DNA of 64,000 bases from Candidatus Sumerlaeaceae bacterium (GTDB taxonomy: Bacteria > Sumerlaeota > Sumerlaeia > Sumerlaeales > Sumerlaeaceae), in assembly GCA_049968255.1 (NCBI GenBank), contig JBMFRB010000003.1:224998-288997 (forward strand). Direction: 5' to 3'. Position 1 is the first letter of the stretch, and each line of letters starts with the position of its first letter. The translations under genes were made by a program, and so were the position numbers. Positions 1 to 9,467 of the stretch are shown one piece after another. The notes below the pieces were generated by a model. It worked only from the letters and a program-made list of their open reading frames with translations, made no database searches and was not told the origin of the DNA.

Positions 1-3000
1 TATTCCGAAAAGGTTATTCGCGATCTCAACGAGCAGCTCGATCCGCGGGCTGTGCTCGAACTCATCAATTATCACTCGGACAAGTTGCAAGAAAGCGGCG
101 AGACGTTACGCGGCTTTTGTCCCATTCATCGCGAAACGGTGTTCCGGACACTCATTATTGATAAGTCCAAGCGCACGTTTCGCTGCATGTACAGCTTGTG
201 CAAAGGCGCTGCGGGGGGCACGCTTGTCGAGCTCTACGCATTGGCGCAAGATATCCCGCTCGAAAAAGCGGTCGAGGAACTCGCAGGCCATTTCCAGATC
301 GAAGTGCGAATGACCGCCGATCCTGAGTTTCTCGAAAAGCAGGCCGAAGTGGCGGAAAACTATCTCGAGCTCGGATTTTACGAAGACGCGGAGAAGGTCC
401 TCCGCGAGATTGTCGAAGCAGATTCAAATTACGAACGGGCCCATCGTGGTTTGCTTGAGGTCTACAAGCATCTCGGCAACACCGAAGCTCTGGGGGAGCA
501 TCATGGCATCCTGGCGCAGTTGCTCATCCAACGCGGTGAACGCTTAGCGGCCTATGAGCACGTCAAAGCCTGGGCCGAGTACCAGCCCGACGCACCCAAA
601 GCGCATTATTTGTTAGCAGAATATCTTCGCGAGCAGGGCGACCTCGAAGCTGCACTCGAGGAATTCATGGCAGCGGCGGACCTCTACGCTGCGAAGGAGG
701 ATTTTCAAGCGGCCATTGATGCGTACCGCCAAGCGGACTCCTTGCGTCTCGATGTCGTGGATGTCGTGCCCCATGTCCTGCAAATCTACGAGCAGATGGG
801 CAAGCCCACCGAGGCCGTGGCGTTTCTCAGCGAACGTGCCGAGGCGTCGCTACTTCACGCGGATTTTGCGCGCAGCGCCCAGCTTCTGGAACAGGCACTT
901 GAGCTCGCACCTAACGACCCTTCGCTACGCGCGCGGCTTTGCGAGATTGCCATTTTGGCCGACACGGGCGGCGACTGGTTACCACGCGTTTTCGAGTGGG
1001 CGCAGTGGTTTGTCGAGTCCGGCATGCCTGAAAAAGCCGTGCAGGTCTACGAGCGCGTGCTGGGCGCGCAACCCACAAACGAGGAAGCCGTGGAGCGGCT
1101 TCGCGCGCTTTACGCAGCAATGGGAAGGACAGAAGACGCGCTTGGGTTGCGCGTGCGCGCCGCACGCGTGGCATTAGACGCAAAAGAATTTGCGACAGCA
1201 CGCAAGGAACTCCAAGCGATCCTTGAAGAGAAACCAGATCACGCCGCTGCCCTTGAGCTGCTCGCGGAGGTGAACCTAGCGGCTGGTCACCGCAAGGAAG
1301 CTGCGGACTGCCTGGCCAGGCTGGCGCGCGTGTGTGTCGCGAACCGCGATTTTTCTAAAGCGGTTTCGCAGATGGAGCGCGTTCTTAGCCTGGTGCCGGA
1401 CGATCCCCGCTTCTTGCTCGATCGCGCGGAAATTCTGGAAAACTGGGCAAGCACAGGCAACGTCCGCGCGCGCCAGCAGGCAGTAGAGGCATTTGAAGCG
1501 CTCGGCGACCGTTATGCGCAGACAGATCCGCAAAAAGCGTGCGACATGTATCGGCGCTCCGAGGCTTGCGCTCCACCATCAGCGCAATTACTGCTGAAGC
1601 AGGCACGCTGCCAGGCAAAGCTGAGGGCTTTCGATGCGGCGCGCGAATATCTCCAGCGCGCTTGCGACGAACTTGTCGCGGTAGGACAGCCAGACGTCGC
1701 AGTCGAAGCAGCACGCGAAATCGCGGCAATGGCCCCGCACGATCATGGCCTCCAGCGTTATCTCATCGAGCTGCTTGAAGTGATCGGCCGCATTCCTGAA
1801 GCCGTCGAGGTGGCTATGCTGCAAGCGGACGCGGCCGCTCAACGAGCGGAAAAGGAGCGTGTGTTCGAGTACCTCAATTATGCACTCGCTCTGGACCCGG
1901 ATCATATACCCGCCATTGAGGCTCTTGCGCTCCACTATCACGGCACAGGCGATATCGCCAGCTACTGCGACGTCTTACTGCGTCTGGCGAATGCGAACGA
2001 GCAGCGCGGCAATATCACAGGGGCCGTGGCTGCTTTGGAACGGGTGGTGGATGAGCGTCCCGAAGATGTGATGGCGCTGGGACGTCTGGCCAATCTGCAC
2101 CTCAACCTTGGAAACGCCGCGAAGTCCCGCGCTTATCGGCTAGAATTGGCACAAATTCACCATCGGCGCGGAGCTCTGGAATCCGAGCGCGAGATACTGC
2201 GGGCGCTGCTGGAGGAGGATCCAGAGGAGGAAAATGTTCTGGCGGCCCTCATCGATTGCGAGTTTGGCCTGGGCAATCGCGAGCAAGCCTGTGCGCGTGC
2301 GGTCGAGCTGGCTCGCTTACAAATGAAGCGCGGTTTTGCAGCTCAGGCGCGTACCACGCTCGAGAAGGCGATCGCGAAAGAGCCCGATGATCTCGGCGTG
2401 AATCGCCTGCTCTTTGAACTAGTGCGCCAACTCGGCAGCGCGCAGGAAACCGTCGAACGCGGCCTCCACCTTGTCGAGCTACTTCAGCTTTACGAGCAGT
2501 TGGACGACGCAGTCGCTGTTTTCGAGCAAACGACGGAGGCTGATCCAAACAACTTCGAGTTGTTTCGCAAGTATGTCGCGTTTTTGCGCGAGATTGGGCG
2601 CACAGAGGAAACGCTTGAAAAGCTCTTTGCCATCGCGCGGCGGCTGCGTGCAAGCGGCCAATTTGAAGAAGCAGAAAAAGCACTGCTCGAGATTGAGCAG
2701 TCACGTCCGCTGGACATACCCGAGCTCGAAGAAGCTCTCTCGCTCTACGAGCAGTGGGGCAAGCCCGAGCAGTTTGCACAGCGTGCCATTGAGTTAGCGC
2801 GCACCTATGAAACGAGTGGCCAGGACAAAAAGACGTTGACTCTTCTGCGGCGCGCACTCAAGGTGACGAATGGTCATCCGGAGGTGCGACGCGAACTTGC
2901 GGAAGCTTATGCGCGGCAGGGGCGTCCGGCTGATGCGGTGCGCGAGCTTGTGCAACTGGCCGACGCCTTTGTTGGGGCTGGCAAGCGCGACGACGAACTT

Positions 3001-6000
3001 GAAACACTACGGCGCGCTGTGGCACTGGTGCCGACGGAACGCCAAGTGCGGTTGCGCCTAGTGAATGCTCTCATTGAGAGAGGCGATCGTGAAGCGGCGG
3101 TCCTCCAGCTCGAGGATCTCGCAGCCGCACTCATGACGAGCAAAGACTATGAGAACGCGCTCGAAGTTCTCAACCGGATCATCGAAGAATTTCCCTCGCG
3201 CCTTGGCGCACGACGCATGCGGGCAGAGGTCTACTCCGCATTGGGCCAGAACAAGGCTGCGCAAGAGGATCTCAATGTCTTTTATGTGAAAAGTTTGCTC
3301 CGCCAGGCGGATGACTATCACACGAAAAACGATTTCACACGCGAGGCTGCTACCCTTCGCGAGGCTCTAAATATTATTCCATCAGACGAAGAACTCCTGC
3401 GTCGCATTCGCTCAGTAGAGTTTGAGGCGGGCGAACTCGATCGGGCGTGCTCAACGACGCTCGAATTAGCTAAGCTTTTGACCTGTCAGAATCGTCCCGA
3501 TGATGCGCTGGAACTGCTGCGCGAAACGCACACGCGGGTGCCAGACAACCTTGTCGTTGCTGAGCAGTTGTTCGAAACGCTTGCAGCGAGGCGTTTGAAC
3601 GAGGAAGCCGCGATGCTGGGAGAGACGCTTGCCGAACTCTACCGTGCCGCTGGCGAGAGCGGCAAAGCCCTCGCTGCGTTCAGTAGGGCTGTGGATCTTG
3701 CCTCGGATAGCGAGCAGGCGCGCCTGCGCTTCGCCCAGTTCCTCGAGCGCGCCGGTGAAACCGCCCAAGCGGTGGCGACATATTTGGCCTTGGCACGGCA
3801 AGCCATTGAACGAAGCGATTTGAGTTTGGCTCAAGTGCACTACGAGCAAGCTTTGCGTATCGACCCATCGTGCGTGCCTGCGCATGAGGGAATGGCCGAA
3901 GTGGCGGCACGTCGCGGCAATCACCCAGAGCAAGCGGTGTGGCTACAAAAACTTGCCGAGATTTGGGTCGGCCAAAAGGCCACCGAAGAAGCCATCGACG
4001 CTTTGCGTCGCGCAATTTACGCAGACCCCAGGCGAATAGATCTGCGGCAGCATCTCATTGAGCTGCTGGAGAAAGCACAACGGCCAGCCGATGCTGTGGC
4101 AGAGCTTCATGCGCTGGCCGATGTGCTGACACAGGAAGGCCGCCAGGCCGAAGCGCTCGCGGCCGAAGAACGAGCTGTAGCCTTGTGCCCAAAAGATCCG
4201 AAGTCGGCTCGGCGTCTGGCGGAAATGCTTATCATGCTCAACGAAGTCGAGCGTGGTGTGAATGAGTTCGAACGGCTCAGCGGCCTGTATGCGGAGCTCG
4301 GCGAGTATCCGCAGGCGCTAGCTGTGCTCGAGGAAGCACAAACGCTTGCGCCGGCCCGCCTAAGCGTGCGCCGATTGAAAGCCGAGATCTACGAGCGTAT
4401 GGGCGAGACCGCCCAGGCTGAAGAGGAACGTCGCCAGTTCGAAGTGGCCAAATCGCTGCAGGAGGCAGAAGTCGCTCGCGAGCGCAACGACTTCAAAGCT
4501 GAGAAGCGGGCGCTGCGCAAGGCACTCGAGGTGGCCCCTCAGGATGAAGGCGTGTGGCTTTTGCTCATTCGTTGTCATCGCGACCTCGGGGATACTCAGG
4601 CCGAGGTGGATGCGTATCTAAAATTGGCGGAAGTGCAGCGTGAGAAACACGGGCTCGAGAAGGCTATGGCCACACTCGAACAGGCGTATGCCCAACAGCC
4701 GAATGAAGAGCGCCTTGTGCAGCGCCTGTTCGAGTTAGCGCGCGAGCGTCGCGACGACGTCGCCGTGCGCCGATATGGCGAGCGCCTCATCGAGCTAGCA
4801 CAGAACAGGACGGACGCAGTCGAGCGCACCATCACGGTGTACGATGAGCTTCTGAGTTACGCTCCGCTGGATGCTGATCTCTATTTGGAAGCGGCTGATC
4901 ATTGTGCTCGTGTGGCGCGTCCGGCCGAAGCGCTAGAGCGACTTCATCGGGGCGCGGACCTGTTCGCAGAGGCTGAGCGTTGGGCTGATGCCGAGCGGCT
5001 TCTGCTGCGCACCCTCGAGATGAACCCCAAATCCACCGAAAGCCTTGCGCGATTGGTGCGTCTTTATGAGCGCGTGGGACGTACGGATGAATTCGAGCGG
5101 CGGTTACTGGAACTGGCCAAAGCTTACGACGAAAACGGCGAGCGTCCCCATGCCATCGAGACCGTGCGCCGCCTCACACTCGTCTCTCCAGACAATGTCG
5201 AGGCGCGCCGGTACTTGGTACGTTTACTCGCTGCTGCGGAACAAAAACATGCAGCCATCGAGGAACAGCTCGCGCTAGTTTTCCTTCTTCGCCAGCAGGG
5301 AGCGCTTTCGGACGCCGTGGAGGCAGCACGCGATGCCGTGGCTATGAGCGAAGGCAGCGACCGTGCAAGGCGAGCTCTGGCCGAGTGCTTGTTGGCCGCT
5401 GGAAATACCGATGCAGCAAACGCAGAACTGGAGGATCTCGCAAAATCATGCGTCGAGCGAGGTGACCTGCAGGAGGCGTTGCAAGTGCTCGACGAAATCA
5501 TTGAGCGCACCCCCCAGCGCATGAGCACTCGTGTCCTGCGTGCCGAAGTTTACGTGAAGCTCGGTCAGGCCGAACGGGCGCTCGAAGAGTATCGTCAGAT
5601 ATCAACCGCAGTAGCGGCTGGAGCCATGACCTCAGTGGCCGCACCGAGTGCACCCGCCATGCCCTCGCTGCAGATTGTGTCCGAATACGATTTCGAGCAT
5701 TTCGTTGTGGGGGCTAACAATAATTTCGCCTATGCGACCGCCCTTGCCGTGGCACGTGCCCCAGCGCAAGCCTATAATCCGCTGTTCATTTATAGCGATG
5801 TGGGACTCGGCAAAACGCATCTTGTGAACGCCATCGCCAACCACATTCTTCGCGAGAACCCAAACGTCCGCATCATCTACACAAATTCGGAGGACTTTAC
5901 GGCTGAAGTCGTCGAGGCTATCCAGACCAACACAATCAACCAATTCCGCGCGAAGTACAAATCCGTGGATCTCCTGATTGTGGACGACGTCCAGTTCCTT

Positions 6001-6450
6001 GCGGGCAAGGAACGCGCGCAGGAAGAATTCTTTCACATCTTCAATGCACTCTTCCAAGCAAAAAAACAAATCGTCATCACAAGCGATCGGCCGCCGAAGG
6101 ACATAGCAAGGCTCGAAAACAGGTTACTTTCGCGCTTTGGCGCTGGGGTGATTGTGGACATTGCCCCGCCTGATCTCGAAACGCGCATCGCCATTCTCAA
6201 CCGAGAAATTGAGCGCGGCGAAGTTGATATTCCCGACGCGGTCGTCCAACTCATCGCCGAAACCATTGATACCAATGTGCGCGAGCTCAAAGGCGCGTTG
6301 AACCAAGTCATGGCGATGCACACGATCCAAGGCAAAGAGATCAACACAGCAAACGTTCGGCAGATGTTGGAGTCACTTTACGCGCGTCCAACTGCCGTGG
6401 AGAAGCAGCCTCCGCAAGAATCGGCGAAAGATAAAAAGAAAAAAAGTTAG
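1..6450 (+). CDS. Giant fusion protein: DnaG-like CHC2 zinc-binding domain + long TPR-like helical repeat array + C-terminal DnaA-type AAA+ domain (no domain IV); 5'-truncated by the window edge
   Basis: Frame is open from base 1 (YSEKVIRDLNEQLDPRAVLELI..), so the GTG at 52 is probably not the true start. N-terminus: CPIH-x18-CMYSLC followed by GAAGGTLVELY..LEKAVEELA (primase ZBD pattern). Middle: Ala/Leu/Glu-rich helix-Pro-helix repeats. From ~5671: YDFEHFVVGANN, YNPLFIYSDVGLGKTHL (Walker A), LLIVDDVQFLAGKERAQEEFFHIFNAL (Walker B), TSDRPP, RLLSRF, PPDLETRIAIL, NVRELKGAL. Confidence 0.9.
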   Translation, partial: YSEKVIRDLNEQLDPRAVLELINYHSDKLQESGETLRGFCPIHRETVFRTLIIDKSKRTFRCMYSLCKGAAGGTLVELYALAQDIPLEKAVEELAGHFQIEVRMTADPEFLEKQAEVAENYLELGFYEDAEKVLREIVEADSNYERAHRGLLEVYKHLGNTEALGEHHGILAQLLIQRGERLAAYEHVKAWAEYQPDAPKAHYLLAEYLREQGDLEAALEEFMAAADLYAAKEDFQAAIDAYRQADSLRLDVVDVVPHVLQIYEQMGKPTEAVAFLSERAEASLLHADFARSAQLLEQALELAPNDPSLRARLCEIAILADTGGDWLPRVFEWAQWFVESGMPEKAVQVYERVLGAQPTNEEAVERLRALYAAMGRTEDALGLRVRAARVALDAKEFATARKELQAILEEKPDHAAALELLAEVNLAAGHRKEAADCLARLARVCVANRDFSKAVSQMERVLSLVPDDPRFLLDRAEILENWASTGNVRARQQAVEAFEALGDRYAQTDPQKACDMYRRSEACAPPSAQLLLKQARCQAKLRAFDAAREYLQRACDELVAVGQPDVAVEAAREIAAMAPHDHGLQRYLIELLEVIGRIPEAVEVAMLQADAAAQRAEKERVFEYLNYALALDPDHIPAIEALALHYHGTGDIASYCDVLLRLANANEQRGNITGAVAALERVVDERPEDVMALGRLANLHLNLGNAAKSRAYRLELAQIHHRRGALESEREILRALLEEDPEEENVLAALIDCEFGLGNREQACARAVELARLQMKRGFAAQARTTLEKAIAKEPDDLGVNRLLFELVRQLGSAQETVERGLHLVELLQLYEQLDDAVAVFEQTTEADPNNFELFRKYVAFLREIGRTEETLEKLFAIARRLRASGQFEEAEKALLEIEQSRPLDIPELEEALSLYEQWGKPEQFAQRAIELARTYETSGQDKKTLTLLRRALKVTNGHPEVRRELAEAYARQGRPADAVRELVQLADAFVGAGKRDDELETLRRAVALVPTERQVRLRLVNALIERGDREAAVLQLEDLAAALMTSKDYENALEVLNRIIEEFPSRLGARRMRAEVYSALGQNKAAQEDLNVFYVKSLLRQADDYHTKNDFTREAATLREALNIIPSDEELLRRIRSVEFEAGELDRACSTTLELAKLLTCQNRPDDALELLRETHTRVPDNLVVAEQLFETLAARRLNEEAAMLGETLAELYRAAGESGKALAAFSRAVDLASDSEQARLRFAQFLERAGETAQAVATYLALARQAIERSDLSLAQVHYEQALRIDPSCVPAHEGMAEVAARRGNHPEQAVWLQKLAEIWVGQKATEEAIDALRRAIYADPRRIDLRQHLIELLEKAQRPADAVAELHALADVLTQEGRQAEALAAEERAVALCPKDPKSARRLAEMLIMLNEVERGVNEFERLSGLYAELGEYPQALAVLEEAQTLAPARLSVRRLKAEIYERMGETAQAEEERRQFEVAKSLQEAEVARERNDFKAEKRALRKALEVAPQDEGVWLLLIRCHRDLGDTQAEVDAYLKLAEVQREKHGLEKAMATLEQAYAQQPNEERLVQRLFELARERRDDVAVRRYGERLIELAQNRTDAVERTITVYDELLSYAPLDADLYLEAADHCARVARPAEALERLHRGADLFAEAERWADAERLLLRTLEMNPKSTESLARLVRLYERVGRTDEFERRLLELAKAYDENGERPHAIETVRRLTLVSPDNVEARRYLVRLLAAAEQKHAAIEEQLALVFLLRQQGALSDAVEAARDAVAMSEGSDRARRALAECLLAAGNTDAANAELEDLAKSCVERGDLQEALQVLDEIIERTPQRMSTRVLRAEVYVKLGQAERALEEYRQISTAVAAGAMTSVAAPSAPAMPSLQIVSEYDFEHFVVGANNNFAYATALAVARAPAQAYNPLFIYSDVGLGKTHLVNAIANHILRENPNVRIIYTNSEDFTAEVVEAIQTNTINQFRAKYKSVDLLIVDDVQFLAGKERAQEEFFHIFNALFQAKKQIVITSDRPPKDIARLENRLLSRFGAGVIVDIAPPDLETRIAILNREIERGEVDIPDAVVQLIAETIDTNVRELKGALNQVMAMHTIQGKEINTANVRQMLESLYARPTAVEKQPPQESAKDKKKKS

Positions 6451-6495
6451 TAGCTCACTCTGAGGGCAAGCCAGTTGGCGGTGGTCCAATAAGGA

Positions 6496-7617
6496 CTAAA
6501 GAGTGCGCTCCTGGGCCAAGGGCAGTTCACGGCTTTTGCGATAGCCTGCCAACGCTTCCGGATACTGAAGCGTCGTCATCGTTTCGCACGAAAGACGGCA
6601 GATGCGACATGATTTCGCTTTGCGCAGGACGGCCTGTGCTTGCGGCGAGGCCAGAAGCTCACTGAAAGAGTAATCGTAGTCGCGGAGATTGCCCATAAGG
6701 AAATCGCTTGGGCAGCCGCCGTTGGGGTAGACGTTGCAATTGTCCTCGATGAGGATTATTGTGCGTCCGGCCCAGCAATCGAAATCACGCGGTCGATCGA
6801 GAAGTTGGTCAACGATTTCCCGCGTCTGAAGCGAATCGTCCTCCGCTAAAATTCTCGAGAAATGATCGAGGTAACGCTCGCGCACATCTTCCGGCAGCGA
6901 GACATTGTCCTCGTCTTCATTAAAGTAGAGCTCGCCCTGAACGCAGTAAATCGGATTGAACGCAATTTTGTTCTGGCGGCAATAGTGAAATAGTTTCAAG
7001 CAGTCGTCGAAGTTGAACGGCGTCATCACGTAATTGATTTCGAGTTTGAGCAGGGGATAGGCCGCGCGCATGGCGGCGATCGCCTCGACAGTGGCGAAGG
7101 TGTGCTGAAAAACCCGCTTCAGTCCGCGCACGCGATCATGGCTTTCGCCCATGCCATCGAGCGAGATCATGACCGTCAATCGTGGGTGGAATTTGAGGAT
7201 CTCCTCGACGTAGCCGACGATTTTCGCTGTCGAAAAACCGTTCGAGTTAAAACTCATGTTCATGTCGGGAAAATGCTTGTGCAGCACATGCCAAATCTCA
7301 ACGAAATCACGTCGCAGCGTAGGTTCTCCGCCCGTCAACGAAATGTGGCGCAAGTCCCGGAGGAAGGATTTGTTGCGCTCGAAAATTGTGTCGAGCTCCT
7401 CGACGCGAATTTCGTGAGGCAGCGCCGGCGCTGTGTTATCCTCCTGTTTCCAGATATTGCACATGATGCAGCGGGCGTTGCAGCGGTTCGTCAGGCCAAT
7501 GCGCAACTTGAGCGGACGAACAACACCCGCCCAGTCGGCGAAGTGAAATCGCGCGGTCCGCAAAGCGGCTTTCACATAAGCGAGAGGATCTGGTTTTTGT
7601 CTCAACGTATTGCGCAT
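6496..7617 (-). CDS. Radical SAM protein with C-terminal SPASM/twitch-like Cys domain
   Basis: CNARCIMC (CxxxCxxC), ISLTGGEP, ISLDG..HDRVRG; C-terminal CWAG...C...C...CRICRLSC. Confidence 0.9.
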   Translation of the reverse strand: MRNTLRQKPDPLAYVKAALRTARFHFADWAGVVRPLKLRIGLTNRCNARCIMCNIWKQEDNTAPALPHEIRVEELDTIFERNKSFLRDLRHISLTGGEPTLRRDFVEIWHVLHKHFPDMNMSFNSNGFSTAKIVGYVEEILKFHPRLTVMISLDGMGESHDRVRGLKRVFQHTFATVEAIAAMRAAYPLLKLEINYVMTPFNFDDCLKLFHYCRQNKIAFNPIYCVQGELYFNEDEDNVSLPEDVRERYLDHFSRILAEDDSLQTREIVDQLLDRPRDFDCWAGRTIILIEDNCNVYPNGGCPSDFLMGNLRDYDYSFSELLASPQAQAVLRKAKSCRICRLSCETMTTLQYPEALAGYRKSRELPLAQERTL

Positions 7618-7661
7618 CGGTCGCTTTTCTCGCTGTCTCGAAAGAGTATCCCCATGGTACG

Positions 7662-9467
7662 CTATTTGTTCGCTGGCAGGACCCTCTCGCTGCCCACGCG
7701 CGGCGCACTCGTAAGAGAATCTTCGGGTGGCTTAAAGATGTAAATCTTGGGACCAGCGCGTCGCCAAGGCTTGGGCGCAAATTCAGCGAGCAGCGGCAGC
7801 GTTTTGATCTCGCGCAGAAATTTCACTGTCTCCGATGCCTCGGGTGGGTCTAGCTCAAGGTAAAGCAACGTTTGCTCGGGCACGATGACCGCCGAGTATT
7901 TGCCAGCATAGTCGCGCAACGATAACGAAAATGGCTGAGGCAGGAACTGACGCGTGCCATCGCTCAGACGATGAAAATGCCATTTGACGTCGAGAAAATC
8001 GGCATCGAACTGCGGTCTGGTCTCAAACGCGGCGTACTTCATGGCACGCTCGAAGTAGCCACCCTCGCGGCCGTGACGTCGCGCCTCTTGCAGAAGATTC
8101 GCGAATGTGCGGGGCGTGAAGGCAAGCGTCGGGTAGTAACGATAATAAAACGGCGAGACGATGAGCAAAGGCTTATCGGTAAAACGCGAGCCCGACGCCG
8201 CCTGTTGCTCGATCCAACGCGCAGCCGCAATCCGTGTGTCGCCCCCAAGATATTCGGCGGTCCGTCGTGCAACACGCACAAAATTCTGCACGAGTCCCAC
8301 GGCGAGAAAGAATAAAATCGCCAAGCGGACCAACCGCTTCTGCTGCTCGTGGGCGCGCACGGTCATTTCGTGGCCCAGCATCCACGCGGTAATCGGGGTG
8401 ACCAGAATGGCGTATTGATAATCCAGGTGGCCAGCTAGCAGAAGGGTTGCCAGATAGAGGGCAACAGGAAGTGCAATCAACGCGCGCAGGCGGCGCGCCC
8501 GCTCAAGAAAAAGCCCAGCGCCAAGCAGCACGCTTACCCAAGCCAAGCCAAGCTCGGCATCCCAGATCTGCGTGAAAAAGCGCCAACCGTATTTGTCGGC
8601 ATAGTAAAGCGAAGCCAAGCCGTGACCCACTTCGCTGACGATGTCCGACGAAAGCGTGGCACGGAAGAAGCGTACCGGCTCAAGAATGACCGCAGGTGTG
8701 CCGATCACAAATCCCGCTGCGAGCGCAAGCAGGCCAGAGAAGCTCATGTGCCGAAGCACCTTGCGGTCACCGGCTGCTGCGTCCCGATAGCTCAATTCCC
8801 ACGCAAGCAAAGGAAAGAGCGCTACCCAAAAGCAGTTGTACTTCGTCGAGACGGCAAGCCCTGCAGCGAAGGCCGAACCTCTTAGCCACCGCGCGACGCG
8901 GTGCCACTGCGCTTTTCTGGCCGCAACCAGCAGTTCTAGCGCTGCAGCAAACGCCACAAAGCTCCAGAATTGCGCTACAACATCTTCCTTAGCGATGTGA
9001 CTGTACTTCACAGAGCTCGAGGCGAACGCCACGAGCGCAATCGCAACCAACTGGGCCCCTAGTCCCTGACGCCGCAAACTCCATAGCAGGAAACTCAGCA
9101 AGCCGACTGCAAACCCCGCCGTCATAAAGCGGGCCGTTGCATAGAAGAGAAACGGCGCAAGAAAGAAGCGCCGTTCAAAATCTTCGCGCGTTGTGCCCAG
9201 AAAAAGGTGCTCAACGGCGTACTGCGCACCGTAGGCTGTGGCGAGAATTTCGGCGTAATGTGTGGGCTTGTTGGCGTGGATAGGCAACAAATCGCCCGTC
9301 GCAAATTTCAGAGCGCGCGACACGGCGTCAATTTCATCCGAGGAAAAAAGTCCCCCGCTTGGCGCATCGTATGCAACGGGAACAATGCGGAAAAGCGTTG
9401 CGAAGAATAACAGTGCCAGAAGGACACGCCGAATCCTCAGCAAAGTTTTTTGACCGCGCTCATTCAT
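7662..9467 (-). CDS. Polytopic membrane glycosyltransferase, GT-C fold (ArnT/PMT/GT39-like)
   Basis: First loop SSDEID (DE motif), then HANKPT, SHIAKED and GLAVSTKYN; many hydrophobic helices; soluble C-terminal domain. Start overlaps the tsaE stop. Confidence 0.75.
   Translation of the reverse strand: MNERGQKTLLRIRRVLLALLFFATLFRIVPVAYDAPSGGLFSSDEIDAVSRALKFATGDLLPIHANKPTHYAEILATAYGAQYAVEHLFLGTTREDFERRFFLAPFLFYATARFMTAGFAVGLLSFLLWSLRRQGLGAQLVAIALVAFASSSVKYSHIAKEDVVAQFWSFVAFAAALELLVAARKAQWHRVARWLRGSAFAAGLAVSTKYNCFWVALFPLLAWELSYRDAAAGDRKVLRHMSFSGLLALAAGFVIGTPAVILEPVRFFRATLSSDIVSEVGHGLASLYYADKYGWRFFTQIWDAELGLAWVSVLLGAGLFLERARRLRALIALPVALYLATLLLAGHLDYQYAILVTPITAWMLGHEMTVRAHEQQKRLVRLAILFFLAVGLVQNFVRVARRTAEYLGGDTRIAAARWIEQQAASGSRFTDKPLLIVSPFYYRYYPTLAFTPRTFANLLQEARRHGREGGYFERAMKYAAFETRPQFDADFLDVKWHFHRLSDGTRQFLPQPFSLSLRDYAGKYSAVIVPEQTLLYLELDPPEASETVKFLREIKTLPLLAEFAPKPWRRAGPKIYIFKPPEDSLTSAPRVGSERVLPANK

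Noticed and set aside
5671-6450. Calling the first gene the canonical dnaA, or hda
   Set aside because: No domain I or domain IV, no dnaN next to it, and no Hda-type clamp-binding motif (QL[SP]LPL) before the AAA+ domain; left without a gene symbol.
6451-6495. oriC next to the DnaA-like gene
   Set aside because: The downstream gap is only 45 bp with no TTATCCACA boxes. The only near-match I noticed (TTATCCACT, ~63464) is single and inside coding sequence. The upstream region is outside the window.
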